A stretch of 64,000 nt of DNA from an uncultured Erysipelotrichaceae bacterium (lineage in GTDB: Bacteria; Bacillota_I; Bacilli_A; RF39; UBA660), in NCBI GenBank assembly GCA_902794075.1, contig CADBGE010000001.1, positions 140,603 through 204,602 on the forward strand, read 5' to 3'. Each line of letters begins with the position of its first letter. Position 1 is the stretch's first letter. Made by a program: the position numbers and the translations under genes. Positions 1 to 8,575 of the stretch are shown in pieces. The notes under the pieces were generated by a model that ran no database searches, was not told the origin of the DNA, and worked only from the letters and a program-made list of their open reading frames with translations.

Positions 1-59
1 TATTCATTCAAAGAATGAAGATCTTTCATGTGTGAAATATATGTTGTTAATCTTTTCAT
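1..59 (-). CDS. N-terminal fragment of another MKxL-leader paralog (gene runs off the left edge)
   Basis: The ATG at 59..57 overlaps the stop of the 56..595 gene (ATGA). It translates MKRLTTYISHMKDLHSLNE, nearly identical to the start of the neighbouring DUF285-type protein. Confidence 0.5.
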   Translation of the reverse strand, partial: MKRLTTYISHMKDLHSLNE

Positions 60-595
60 CCTTTGTACCAACTCGGTATATTTGTTATTCCTGAATTATC
101 AAACATCCACGCCATTCCTTTAACATTTGAAACATCCCATTTTGATAAGTCTCCCACTGATTCTAATTTCTCAGAATTATCAAACATACTATACATATTT
201 TTAACACTTGAGACATTCCAATTTGATAAGTCACCAACAAATTTTAATTTTTTACATTTATGAAACATAAAACTCATATCTTTAACATTTGAAACATCCC
301 AATTCGATATATCAATGTATTCAAATTTTGTTATTTCAAATATTCCTATAGTTCCATCATAAAATGAATCAATATTACTTATATTAACATCATTAAAGTC
401 AATTGGTTTCTGTTCTGTTCCAGGTCCTAACTTATCATATCTATCTTCTATGATCTTTCTTAATTCTTTAAATGATTTTGGTGTATAAGTATATGGATCA
501 TTATAATTTTTATTTATAACTAACTTTTCATTCAAATATTCATTCAAAGAATAAAGATCTTTCATATGTGAAATATATGTCGTTAAACTTTTCAT
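56..595 (-). CDS. BspA/DUF285-type leucine-rich-repeat protein with CTS-like leader
   Basis: ORF track gives 56..607; I prefer the ATG at 595 (MKSLTTYISHM...). It carries about 24-aa repeats such as WDVSNVKDMSFMFxxCKKLKFVGDLSNWNVS, typical of DUF285/BspA-like LRRs. Confidence 0.75.
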   Translation of the reverse strand: MKSLTTYISHMKDLYSLNEYLNEKLVINKNYNDPYTYTPKSFKELRKIIEDRYDKLGPGTEQKPIDFNDVNISNIDSFYDGTIGIFEITKFEYIDISNWDVSNVKDMSFMFHKCKKLKFVGDLSNWNVSSVKNMYSMFDNSEKLESVGDLSKWDVSNVKGMAWMFDNSGITNIPSWYKG

Positions 596-1128
596 TCTTT
601 GTACCAATCGGGTATATTTTTTATTCCAGACTTTTTAAACATATTATACATATTTTTACATTCTGAAACATTCCATTTAGATAAATTTCCAACTGATTTT
701 AAATTATAACAGCTGTTAAACATCAAACTCATATCTTCAACATTTGAAACATCCCAATTAGATAAATCACCAACTGATTTTAAATTATAACATTCATTAA
801 ACAATTTATACATATCTTTAACCTTTGACACATTCCAATCTGATACGTCAATGTATTCAAAATCTGTTAAATCAAATATTCCTTCATTTATATTTGCATT
901 ATAAAATGAATTAATATTACTTATATCAACATCATTAAAGTCAATAGGATTCTGTTTTGTTCCAGGTCCCTGTTCTTCATATCGTTGTTCTATGATCTTT
1001 ACTAACTCTTTAAATGATTTTGGAGCACAAGTATATGGATCATTATAATCTTTGCTGATGACAAGTTTTTCGGATAATGAAATCAAAAATGATTTATCAG
1101 ATTTTATGTAATATGTTAATGACTTCAT
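592..1128 (-). CDS. BspA/DUF285-type leucine-rich-repeat protein with extended CTS-like leader
   Basis: Starts MKSLTYYIKSDKSFLISLSEKLVISKDY. It has the same NDPYT..PKSFKEL..GPGT..PIDFNDV module and WNVSKVKDMYKLF / WDVSNVEDMSLMF repeats as its neighbour. Its stop overlaps the next start (ATGA). Confidence 0.75.
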   Translation of the reverse strand: MKSLTYYIKSDKSFLISLSEKLVISKDYNDPYTCAPKSFKELVKIIEQRYEEQGPGTKQNPIDFNDVDISNINSFYNANINEGIFDLTDFEYIDVSDWNVSKVKDMYKLFNECYNLKSVGDLSNWDVSNVEDMSLMFNSCYNLKSVGNLSKWNVSECKNMYNMFKKSGIKNIPDWYKE

Positions 1129-1135
1129 AAATATT

Positions 1136-1747
1136 TTATATGGATTCCATATATTTTTTTAAATTTTTATATTCGTCTGTTTTATATAATGTAAATGAAT
1201 AGTTGCCATCATAATTTGTTCGTCTAATATTTTTACATTTTGAAATGTCAAGACCGAACATATCTTTCATATCATCACTATGTATTTTAAATATAGAATA
1301 ATGATCTGCATATTCAGTTATTTCATTCTCCTCATATAAATCAATGATTTCTTCTATTTTTTTATTATCAAATTCGTCATAATTAAATAAGATACATAAC
1401 TCATTCGTACCTCCAGCGTTTTTATTATATTCATATAAGAATGACTGATCATCAGCAACTGTCATTGTACCATCGAAAGAATTGACGTTATTTACATTAT
1501 AAGTATAATTGATATTACACTTATAATTTGTAAATGATATAGATTGTACCTTTACCGTGTCTATTTTTCCATATCTTATCCAGCCATCATTATCTTTAAT
1601 GTCTTTATTATTATATGTACCATTATCAGCATGCCAATATAAAATAAATCTTACTAAAGTTTTATCTGGACTAAGATTAAAATTAACATCAACATAGTTC
1701 TTGTTAATCACAAGTTTTTCAGATATGTAGTTTCTTAATGACTTCAT
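1136..1747 (-). CDS. hypothetical protein with CTS-like leader (MKSLRNYISEKLVINKNY)
   Basis: Intact 203-aa ORF. It has a shared leader with an I-S-E site, and the promoter-like motif lies 22 nt upstream. Confidence 0.6.
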   Translation of the reverse strand: MKSLRNYISEKLVINKNYVDVNFNLSPDKTLVRFILYWHADNGTYNNKDIKDNDGWIRYGKIDTVKVQSISFTNYKCNINYTYNVNNVNSFDGTMTVADDQSFLYEYNKNAGGTNELCILFNYDEFDNKKIEEIIDLYEENEITEYADHYSIFKIHSDDMKDMFGLDISKCKNIRRTNYDGNYSFTLYKTDEYKNLKKYMESI

Positions 1748-1768
1748 TGAAAAATATTAATATAAATT

Positions 1769-1782
1769 TATATATTAAAAAT
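1769..1782 (-). promoter_or_regulatory. conserved intergenic motif ATTTTTAAT(T)ATATA (sense), putative phage promoter
   Basis: Plus strand reads tatatattaaaaat, 22 nt upstream of the ATG at 1747. Confidence 0.4.
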
Positions 1783-1794
1783 AAAAATCATTTT

Positions 1795-2661
1795 ATGAAT
1801 ATCAGAGAAAGCTTATTAGAAAGAATTGAGAAAGTTAATGAAGAAGTAAAGAGCAACATGACAAAGTACCTCAGTATCTCACAAGTACTTGGAATGCTTG
1901 TTGAGCCATTTGATAGTAGGGGAGTTGCTCAGAAGACACATGATAAGCACTTCAACAATTCTGAGTCACAGTATTATCAGATGTCTGTTGAGCAGATCAT
2001 GGAAGCATGGTCAGCAAAGGGTGCAGAATCATGTAAGTACGGTAGCCTGCTTGATGACTACATTGGAATGTATCTTAATAAAGATAATGGTGCAAAGGTT
2101 GAAATGTGGAAGTTAGACAATAACTATGATTGGGATGAACGACTCAACGGACTTGTAAAGAGCTTTACAGACTTCATGGATTTTGTCAATAAGTCAGGTG
2201 ATATGGAGTTCATCACTCGTGAAAAGACATTGTACTATAAAGTTCCAAATACAGATTATTATATAAAAGGGCGATTTGATGCACTATTCTATAATAAAAG
2301 AACTAATAAATATGTTGTAGTAGACTGGAAGTCAAGTGGAAGTGTTGATAAGAAAAAGACACCATGGACAAAACAGTTGTTTGGACCAATGATGAAATAT
2401 CCAGCTCTTAATTGGTATACATATACTACACAAACTCATTTTTATAAACTGGCGCTTCTTAAATCAGGATATCTACCTGATGATATTACAGAAAACGACA
2501 TTGAAGTATTAATTGTTCAATTGCCTGGTCACATATGTGAAGACAATAAGATGTATGAGATTCATAAACAAGCATTTGATTTTGATGAGGATTTGTTAAA
2601 TAAGTTGTTTATGTTTGCAGCTCGTAAGAATGATCTTATGCATACATTAGAAACTGTTTAA
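1795..2661 (+). CDS. PD-(D/E)XK family nuclease (RecB/Cas4-like fold)
   Basis: GRFDALFYNKRTNKYVVVDWKSSG gives the D...D-x-K core. The start is moved to the ATG at 1795, because 1738 lies antisense to the start of the divergent minus-strand gene. Confidence 0.55.
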   Translation: MNIRESLLERIEKVNEEVKSNMTKYLSISQVLGMLVEPFDSRGVAQKTHDKHFNNSESQYYQMSVEQIMEAWSAKGAESCKYGSLLDDYIGMYLNKDNGAKVEMWKLDNNYDWDERLNGLVKSFTDFMDFVNKSGDMEFITREKTLYYKVPNTDYYIKGRFDALFYNKRTNKYVVVDWKSSGSVDKKKTPWTKQLFGPMMKYPALNWYTYTTQTHFYKLALLKSGYLPDDITENDIEVLIVQLPGHICEDNKMYEIHKQAFDFDEDLLNKLFMFAARKNDLMHTLETV

Positions 2662-2683
2662 AAAATATATTTATAATTAGATT

Positions 2684-3019
2684 ATGACAGGAAATGAATA
2701 TCAGATAAATGTTTTAGACTTCAATATTGATTATCCAGAATCATTAGGACCGTTTTGTACATTATTGAGAATGGTTGAGAAGATTGGTATAATGTCATCA
2801 ACGATGGTTGATATACTTAATAAGCCTGACGCATCAATAACAAATACGGAAAGAGATATTTTAAGAAATGAACTTGGAGAAATACTGATGTATCTTACTA
2901 GAACCATATATCATAGTGGATTAACGTTAGATGAAGTTATGCAGAGAAACATTGATAACTATAATGCAAAACAGAACTACGAAAATATAATAAATAGAGA
3001 CATCTTTAAAAGAAAATAA
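2684..3019 (+). CDS. MazG-like nucleotide pyrophosphohydrolase domain protein
   Basis: 111 aa and all-helical. LRMVEKIG... and RNELGEILMYLTRT...GLTLDEVMQRNIDN follow the MazG EExGE / EELaD pattern, though the acidic residues are only partly conserved. Confidence 0.45.
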   Translation: MTGNEYQINVLDFNIDYPESLGPFCTLLRMVEKIGIMSSTMVDILNKPDASITNTERDILRNELGEILMYLTRTIYHSGLTLDEVMQRNIDNYNAKQNYENIINRDIFKRK

Positions 3020-3136
3020 GTTCATAGATCATCATCCATGAACCTCAAAAATGGCAACTATATAATTTATTAAAATGATTATAAAAAGTTATTAGATGAT
3101 GATCTAGATATAGTCTAAGATGTTCTAAGATACATA
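3013..3136 (+). repeat. two-copy structured element, copy A
   Basis: aaataagtTcatagatcatcatc ... 58 nt ... gatgatgatctagatatagtctaagatgttctaagatacata. The 12-bp arms tagatcatcatc / gatgatgatcta form a long-range stem. Confidence 0.6.
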
Positions 3137-3160
3137 GTTAATGTTAAAAATTGTTAAAGA

Positions 3161-3190
3161 AAAAAGATCATACTTAAGTATGATCTTTTT
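3161..3190. terminator. bidirectional intrinsic terminator (perfect 30-nt palindrome)
   Basis: aaaaagatcatactt|aagtatgatcttttt lies between the convergent plus-strand island and the tail tube gene. Confidence 0.7.
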
Positions 3191-3206
3191 ATGTTTTATT
3201 ATATAT

Positions 3207-3282
3207 TTTGGGATAATATTATGCTAAATCATAATCCCAATCAAAAATTTGGGATAATATTATGCTAAATCATAATCCCAAT
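3207..3282 (-). repeat. 35-nt perfect direct repeat x2 (3207..3241 and 3248..3282) containing the tail tube stop codon
   Basis: tttgggataatattatgctaaatcataatcccaat occurs twice. Each copy folds as ttgggat / atcccaa. Confidence 0.8.
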
Positions 3283-3847
3283 AGTCTGCACGGAATGTAG
3301 TCTGAAGAGTAATAGCATCATTTGAACCATAATCCAAATCGTCCATACCAGTTACACCTGTTAACATGATATGATGGAAAATGAAACTTCTCCAAACCTG
3401 ACCATTACGATTAGCCTGAGCAACACGCATATTGTCAGAAATATATTGCTGCTTAATTGTTCGAGTACCATCACTTAAGTCATATGAAAGACGCTCCCAT
3501 GCCAAGAATACTTTAAGAACGAAGTTATCAGTTACATCACGTAAGTTAAGATTAAATGTGATTGTAAGATCTGCAGCAGTTGTATCGAGCATAGGATTTA
3601 AGAATGATGCAGTAACACCATAGAATTTTTGCTCACCAGCAGCAGTTGTCTTATGAAGTGCATCAAGACCGGCAACAGTTACAACTTGTTCAGTTAAAAG
3701 AGCCTCCTCAGTAGAGAAAGGTTGTCTTAGAGGTTCAGGTAAAGTAAAGTAAACCTCAAATAACGACTTATGTACTGGATCCCACTTATTTATACCTGAC
3801 TTAACATTTTTAAGATGAGGTAAATGATTTAAGTTAGTTTGTGCCAT
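3260..3847 (-). CDS. tail tube protein (T4 gp19-like)
   Basis: SLFEVYFTLP near the N-terminus and TLQTTFRADYWD at the C-terminus parallel T4 gp19 NLFQVEISYL and TLALDYWE. The gene lies directly downstream of the sheath gene. Confidence 0.75.
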   Translation of the reverse strand: MAQTNLNHLPHLKNVKSGINKWDPVHKSLFEVYFTLPEPLRQPFSTEEALLTEQVVTVAGLDALHKTTAAGEQKFYGVTASFLNPMLDTTAADLTITFNLNLRDVTDNFVLKVFLAWERLSYDLSDGTRTIKQQYISDNMRVAQANRNGQVWRSFIFHHIMLTGVTGMDDLDYGSNDAITLQTTFRADYWDYDLA

Positions 3848-3880
3848 GTACTATTATAATTTACGTAAATTTTTTATCTT

Positions 3881-3893
3881 TATAATTAAAAAT
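3881..3893 (-). promoter_or_regulatory. conserved intergenic motif, putative promoter of the tail tube gene
   Basis: tataattaaaaat lies directly after the sheath terminator hairpin, 34 nt upstream of the ATG at 3847. Confidence 0.4.
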
Positions 3894-3898
3894 AAATT

Positions 3899-3928
3899 CT
3901 GGGTAGATTTTTAGGTATTTCTACCCAG
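3899..3928 (-). terminator. intrinsic terminator after the sheath gene
   Basis: 9-bp stem ctgggtaga / tctacccag, followed on the minus strand by aatttattttt. Confidence 0.6.
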
Positions 3929-3943
3929 AACTATATTTTATAT

Positions 3944-6900
3944 TTAGTTTTCAGAAATAAATGATTTCATTTGTCCTGTTCTATACAGAGTTAATTCATG
4001 AACCATCTTACCGCAACCAAATCCGGGTTCAATATGAGTGCTTAATACAGCCATTTCATTATCAATGATTTCTGGAGTATTGTTAGACTCATCCATGATG
4101 TTTAGATAAGTCTGAATACCACCATTAGCCTTGATTAATGAGCAAACTTGGTTAGCTTTGTCAAGGATTGCGTTACGTGTTGTTGGATTATTGAATTCCC
4201 ACTGATAGCTTTGGAGAACCTTCTCAATCTCATCCTGTAAGTAGATAACCAACTCACGAACATTGATACGAGACAATGCACTAAGTGGTGTCTGTTTAGC
4301 AGTTTGGTTAGCATTGATGAATGTTCCAAATGTTGGACGATAAATCATACAGTTGAATCCAAATGGTTCAAGATCATATAATTCTTCACGTGTGAACTTA
4401 TAATCAGGACCAACAAGACCTGTTGCAGAAATATGACCATAATTAGGACCAGCAACAATGTAATATGGTTGACGACTCATGTACTTCTGGATGAATAAGT
4501 TAGATACTAAGCCAGCAGATGGAACAATTGTATCAACATAACCATCAGAGAACTTAAGTGGAGTATAGAATCCTATAAATGATGCGCCATTGTTTTCTGT
4601 TGGAAGTGAGAATACTTCGTTTGCAGGTTTCTTACGATTACGACCTTCAACAACATATTTAGAATTAAATACGTTCTTCTCATCAGTAAATGATGTGTAC
4701 GGACATTTAACAAATGTACGAATTGAAGGCAAGTTACCAATAGCGAACGCACTTTCTTTTTCTTTACATAGTAATGAAAGTTCAGATCTAAGTTCATTCT
4801 GTGGGAATGCCTCAAATGTATCAATGATATAACGGTAATCAATGTTAGCCTTATTCAAGAGACCTTTACGAAGACCGCTATAATCAGTTAATGCAGAAAG
4901 AATTTGTCTTTGCCATTGTAGTTTAGCCCACATATCTGTACCATTTGGACGAGCATTCTTATAAGTATAGCCTTCAAGATAGTGAGGAACCATCTCACCA
5001 ATTTCTTGGTTAAGAGCAGCATTTAAACGAATGATGAAATATTCTTTGGGTTCATTTTCATCAATGGTGAAATCAGTATCTTTCCAAGTGTAAGGATCAC
5101 CGGATTGTGTTTCATCGTTGCTAGCATCATATGACCATCCAATACCTTCACCAGTCATACCTTCAGAATTTGGATCGCAATTATATGGTGCGCCACTTAA
5201 TGTAATATAATGACACTTGAAGTTACCTTTTTCATCATATAATGTACCTTCTCCTGTTACATATACACAATCACAGTAGTAATCTTTATCAAGTTCATCA
5301 ATTACACGATCATCATTTCTATCAACGGTTTTATCATTTGCAAGAATACAATCACCAGGCTTAAGAATTAACTGAAGAGTAGTATTATATGCCTTATCTG
5401 TTACAAGAGCATTATATAATCCACCATTTATATTTAATGCAGATTCATATTCCCAATCGCCTACATTTATAAATGATATTGAAGATCCATATACAGATTC
5501 TTTTTCATTTCCAAAAGGAGTTGAAGAAGTAGATGTTAAAGAAACTGATTTAAAACCACAGATAAAGTTAGTGTCAATATCAGTATACTTATATTCAGTT
5601 GGAGCATCACCATCTGTTCTATTCTCAATACGACGAATTGTTGTAATGATTTTAGAAGGACCATAATATCCACCAGGATTTTTTACGTCTACAACTTCAT
5701 ATGGAGCAAATGATTTTTCACTTTCAGAACCATCATTATACCAGAATGTTCCACCCATTAGACCTTGTTTATATACATCATCCCAACTATCATTATATTT
5801 ATATTCTTCTATGGTAGAATCATAGAATAAAATGTGCCAATCATTTTCGGTGGCTAGGTTCTTATCTATTGAATAGTTTGTTACACCACAAGTCTTAAGA
5901 ACATAATCCAATCTATGTTCTTCACAAATGATAGTTACAGTATTTTCAGCATCACCAATCTGTCTCAATATTACATTGTAGTTATATGTCTTTGAAGTTT
6001 CAGTTCCTCCAGCATTGTCACCTGTTGGAGTTCCTTCAGTACCATCGCTTGCTGGCGTTTCTACATCACCTTCACCTGAAGTTTGTTCTACTTCTACCTG
6101 TTTAACGTCAGCAACATATAAAGATCCTGTTATTAATTGTGGATAAGATTCAAGTTTACCATTTATATTAAATTCTTTAAAGTTTTTAATAGAAGATGAG
6201 AACTCAATCTTATCTGCAATGACTGGAGCACTTAAGTTACCAAGTAGATTAGTTTTCGCAACACCTTGGAAGATAGTCTCAAGACTTAACGGATTATTGA
6301 ACGATGGTTCATTTACTCCATTTGTTTTGTCGTGATTTTCAAATGCTGAACTCTCAGGAATAACACCTTTACCGGATAAATCTATGATTCCTGCACCATC
6401 CTCATCAAGAAGATCAGTGTTGAAACTCATCATCATCTTATGTTCATCATTGTCACTATTAAATAATATATCAAGTGAACGATAATTTCCTTTCTTATCC
6501 TTGAAATATGGAATTAATGAACCAATCCAATGTCCAATAGCATTTGATGTAGAATCAGCATAAAGAGCATCAAGAGTATCAATAAGTTCTCCATAAGGAT
6601 TATGAAGATCAGTACGAAGTTTTAACTTATAACTTTTTCCATCAGCATCAAGTTCATCCGTTGTTACAAAATACTTCTTTAGTGTATCTGATGCAAGAGC
6701 TTGAGCAGCATTAAAACGTCCTTTAAATACATAAATTTCTGCAAAGAAATCACTCATTAAACGATGTTCAAATCCATGAAGATATTCAGGCATCTCTTCA
6801 TACTTATCAGAATACCAATCGCTGACTGTTAAATTAAATTCAGAAATTTTTGAGCCAGATGGTTTACGAATAAAATACGAAGCTGAACTATTATAAGTGT

Positions 6901-7384
6901 CAGTTATTGACAAATTAATATAGTTGTTAAGAGTTATGCCATCAACTGAGTTCAGATCATTCAGTTGTTCAGCAGAAATCTCCCAAAATCTTGTCTTATC
7001 AAAGATGTCCTCAATATTGATCTTAACGTCATCAATAGGATCGTAATTAACATTGAATTCTGTGTTAATTGTTGACGCACCTACAGTCTCACCACTAAAC
7101 TTCTTAAGGTTAAGACAGATAATAGGACTAACAGCCAACATTTGTAAGCACATACGGTGGAAGAAAATACCACGTTTTTCAAGTTTCTTTGAAATGTTTC
7201 CAAAATATTGAACGAATTCCTGCGGATCCTTTACATAAACTGGACAGTTAAACGGACCAACTTCTGAATATCCAACAACAAGACGAAGTGTCTCAGGCTC
7301 ATTGTTAAGCATAGTTGATTTGTCAAAAACTACGCGGTAAACACCAGCAGCCTTAAATTGTTGTAAATGTACAGGTATTGCCAT
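3944..7384 (-). CDS. contractile tail sheath protein (very large, 1146 aa)
   Basis: The N-terminus AAGVYRVVFDKS...VVGYSEVGPFNCPVYV and the C-terminus (LSRINVRELVIYLQDEIEKVL..WEFNNPTTRNAILDKANQVCSLIKANGGI) match conserved sheath termini. Gene order is sheath then tube. Confidence 0.85.
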   Translation of the reverse strand: MAIPVHLQQFKAAGVYRVVFDKSTMLNNEPETLRLVVGYSEVGPFNCPVYVKDPQEFVQYFGNISKKLEKRGIFFHRMCLQMLAVSPIICLNLKKFSGETVGASTINTEFNVNYDPIDDVKINIEDIFDKTRFWEISAEQLNDLNSVDGITLNNYINLSITDTYNSSASYFIRKPSGSKISEFNLTVSDWYSDKYEEMPEYLHGFEHRLMSDFFAEIYVFKGRFNAAQALASDTLKKYFVTTDELDADGKSYKLKLRTDLHNPYGELIDTLDALYADSTSNAIGHWIGSLIPYFKDKKGNYRSLDILFNSDNDEHKMMMSFNTDLLDEDGAGIIDLSGKGVIPESSAFENHDKTNGVNEPSFNNPLSLETIFQGVAKTNLLGNLSAPVIADKIEFSSSIKNFKEFNINGKLESYPQLITGSLYVADVKQVEVEQTSGEGDVETPASDGTEGTPTGDNAGGTETSKTYNYNVILRQIGDAENTVTIICEEHRLDYVLKTCGVTNYSIDKNLATENDWHILFYDSTIEEYKYNDSWDDVYKQGLMGGTFWYNDGSESEKSFAPYEVVDVKNPGGYYGPSKIITTIRRIENRTDGDAPTEYKYTDIDTNFICGFKSVSLTSTSSTPFGNEKESVYGSSISFINVGDWEYESALNINGGLYNALVTDKAYNTTLQLILKPGDCILANDKTVDRNDDRVIDELDKDYYCDCVYVTGEGTLYDEKGNFKCHYITLSGAPYNCDPNSEGMTGEGIGWSYDASNDETQSGDPYTWKDTDFTIDENEPKEYFIIRLNAALNQEIGEMVPHYLEGYTYKNARPNGTDMWAKLQWQRQILSALTDYSGLRKGLLNKANIDYRYIIDTFEAFPQNELRSELSLLCKEKESAFAIGNLPSIRTFVKCPYTSFTDEKNVFNSKYVVEGRNRKKPANEVFSLPTENNGASFIGFYTPLKFSDGYVDTIVPSAGLVSNLFIQKYMSRQPYYIVAGPNYGHISATGLVGPDYKFTREELYDLEPFGFNCMIYRPTFGTFINANQTAKQTPLSALSRINVRELVIYLQDEIEKVLQSYQWEFNNPTTRNAILDKANQVCSLIKANGGIQTYLNIMDESNNTPEIIDNEMAVLSTHIEPGFGCGKMVHELTLYRTGQMKSFISEN

Positions 7385-7454
7385 TATTTTACGTTAAATA
7401 TATTTTTTCTGTTTATTTTAATCTTTGTTTATATTGTAGATTATGAATAGTAAT

Positions 7455-7567
7455 TTTACTTTCATAATTTTATATTATTACTTTAGTAAATTTTTACTTT
7501 CATAATTTTTATATTATTACTTTAGTAATTTTTATTTTCATAATTTTTATATTATTACTTTCATAAT
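7455..7567. repeat. about 38-bp tandem repeat x3 in the sheath gene leader
   Basis: The unit is ttttactttcataatttttatattattactttagtaat. Each unit contains two TACTTT[CA][AG]TAA half-sites. Confidence 0.8.
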
Positions 7568-7582
7568 TATATATATAAAAAT
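7565..7582 (-). promoter_or_regulatory. conserved intergenic motif, putative promoter of the sheath gene
   Basis: aattatatatataaaaat. Between it and the ATG at 7384 lies a repeat-containing leader of about 180 nt. Confidence 0.4.
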
Positions 7583-7609
7583 AATTTTTTCATTCTGTGA
7601 TTTTCATCA

Positions 7610-8482
7610 TTATTTATAAAGTTGGTCAAGTTTAAAATTCATTATCTTATGAGAAACATCATAACCACATATTGACAATTTAAAATATATGTAATTATAT
7701 AATATATCATTGTCTCTATTTGCGTCAGAATTAAGATCGTCAACAATCATGCCAATGTATTCCGTATCCAAATATTCATTTTCGTCAATAGTTTTTTTAA
7801 TGAAACCTTTGTCATTTATGAATTTTCTTCCAGCTATATCAAGACTATACGAAACATTTATGTCTAATGAATCTATTTGTGCATCATTTATTATAATATA
7901 ATCTACAATATCATTTTCCATATTTTCCGTATTTATTGATGATGTACTCATTAATGTTACAAATTTAATTGGAAAATCACCTTCATCAGACAAATCCTCT
8001 AATAATTCGTCTATTGTAAAATAAATCTTATTGTTATTTTCTTTGTCATATGTTAAGTATGTTTCTATCTTATTGACATCATACATTCCTAAATCACAAT
8101 AATATGTAACTTCATGATTAGCAGTTTCTAATTGAAAATTTATTTCAAATTTTTTAATAAATTCATCAAATGTAGTCACAACAGAATCTTCATATAGATT
8201 TTCATATAATTGTTTTTGCATTTCATTTGATACTATCACCAATGTCTCATTAGTTACAGAATTAGATTTCTTTAATTTTTTTATATTGAATTCTGCTGTA
8301 GATAGTCTTGAACCTAATTCTTTATTATTTTTCTTTAGTTGTATAATCTCATTATATAAATTATTAGATATTATATTAGAATCATCATCTTTTCTATCGT
8401 GTGTAGCTTGTATAGACAATGCTTCATTGAATTTTTCCATTTCCCATTCCATCTTTACTTGGTTTGCAAATTCTTGATCCAT
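7610..8482 (-). CDS. hypothetical protein (coiled-coil N-terminus)
   Basis: Intact 290-aa ORF with the promoter-like motif and a terminator hairpin just upstream. No recognisable motif. Confidence 0.5.
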   Translation of the reverse strand: MDQEFANQVKMEWEMEKFNEALSIQATHDRKDDDSNIISNNLYNEIIQLKKNNKELGSRLSTAEFNIKKLKKSNSVTNETLVIVSNEMQKQLYENLYEDSVVTTFDEFIKKFEINFQLETANHEVTYYCDLGMYDVNKIETYLTYDKENNNKIYFTIDELLEDLSDEGDFPIKFVTLMSTSSINTENMENDIVDYIIINDAQIDSLDINVSYSLDIAGRKFINDKGFIKKTIDENEYLDTEYIGMIVDDLNSDANRDNDILYNYIYFKLSICGYDVSHKIMNFKLDQLYK

Positions 8483-8500
8483 AATCTAATGCTAATAAAA

Positions 8501-8516
8501 ATATATAATTAAAAAT
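8501..8516 (-). promoter_or_regulatory. conserved intergenic motif, putative promoter
   Basis: atatataattaaaaat lies immediately after terminator 8511..8548 and 19 nt upstream of the ATG at 8482. Confidence 0.45.
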
Positions 8517-8548
8517 CAAAAGTGAGATTGTAAAATCAACCTCACTTT
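8511..8548 (-). terminator. intrinsic terminator after the M15 peptidase gene
   Basis: 8-bp stem aaagtgag / ctcacttt, followed by tgattttt on the minus strand. Confidence 0.6.
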
Positions 8549-8575
8549 ATAATAAATTGTATCTTAAATCTTATC

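Noticed and set aside
63-263. Plus-strand ORF antisense to the DUF285 LRR gene. Many similar 60-100-aa antisense or off-frame ORFs appear in the track, for example 1889..2116, 3432..3623, 4590..4832, 12362..12601, 13951..14223, 25601..25828, 27637..27849, 46588..46785 and 58452..58634.
   Set aside because: Each lies entirely inside a longer ORF with recognisable domains or a clear operon context. Their products are low-complexity, Phe/Leu/Ile/Ser-rich peptides, as expected from the reverse complement of AT-rich coding DNA.
1738-1794. Start codon at 1738 (MTSLKNINI...) for the plus-strand nuclease gene.
   Set aside because: That ATG is simply the reverse complement of the TTA-ATG-AAG-TCA-T start region of the divergent minus-strand gene. 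It also precedes the promoter-like motif. The ATG at 1795 (MNIRESLLERI) is more plausible.
3013-3136. A tRNA or other known RNA gene in the 3020..3259 and 55464..55649 gaps.
   Set aside because: There is no cloverleaf-compatible arrangement and no conserved T-loop or anticodon-arm features. The regions are extremely AT-rich. The element is reported only as a structured repeat of unknown nature.
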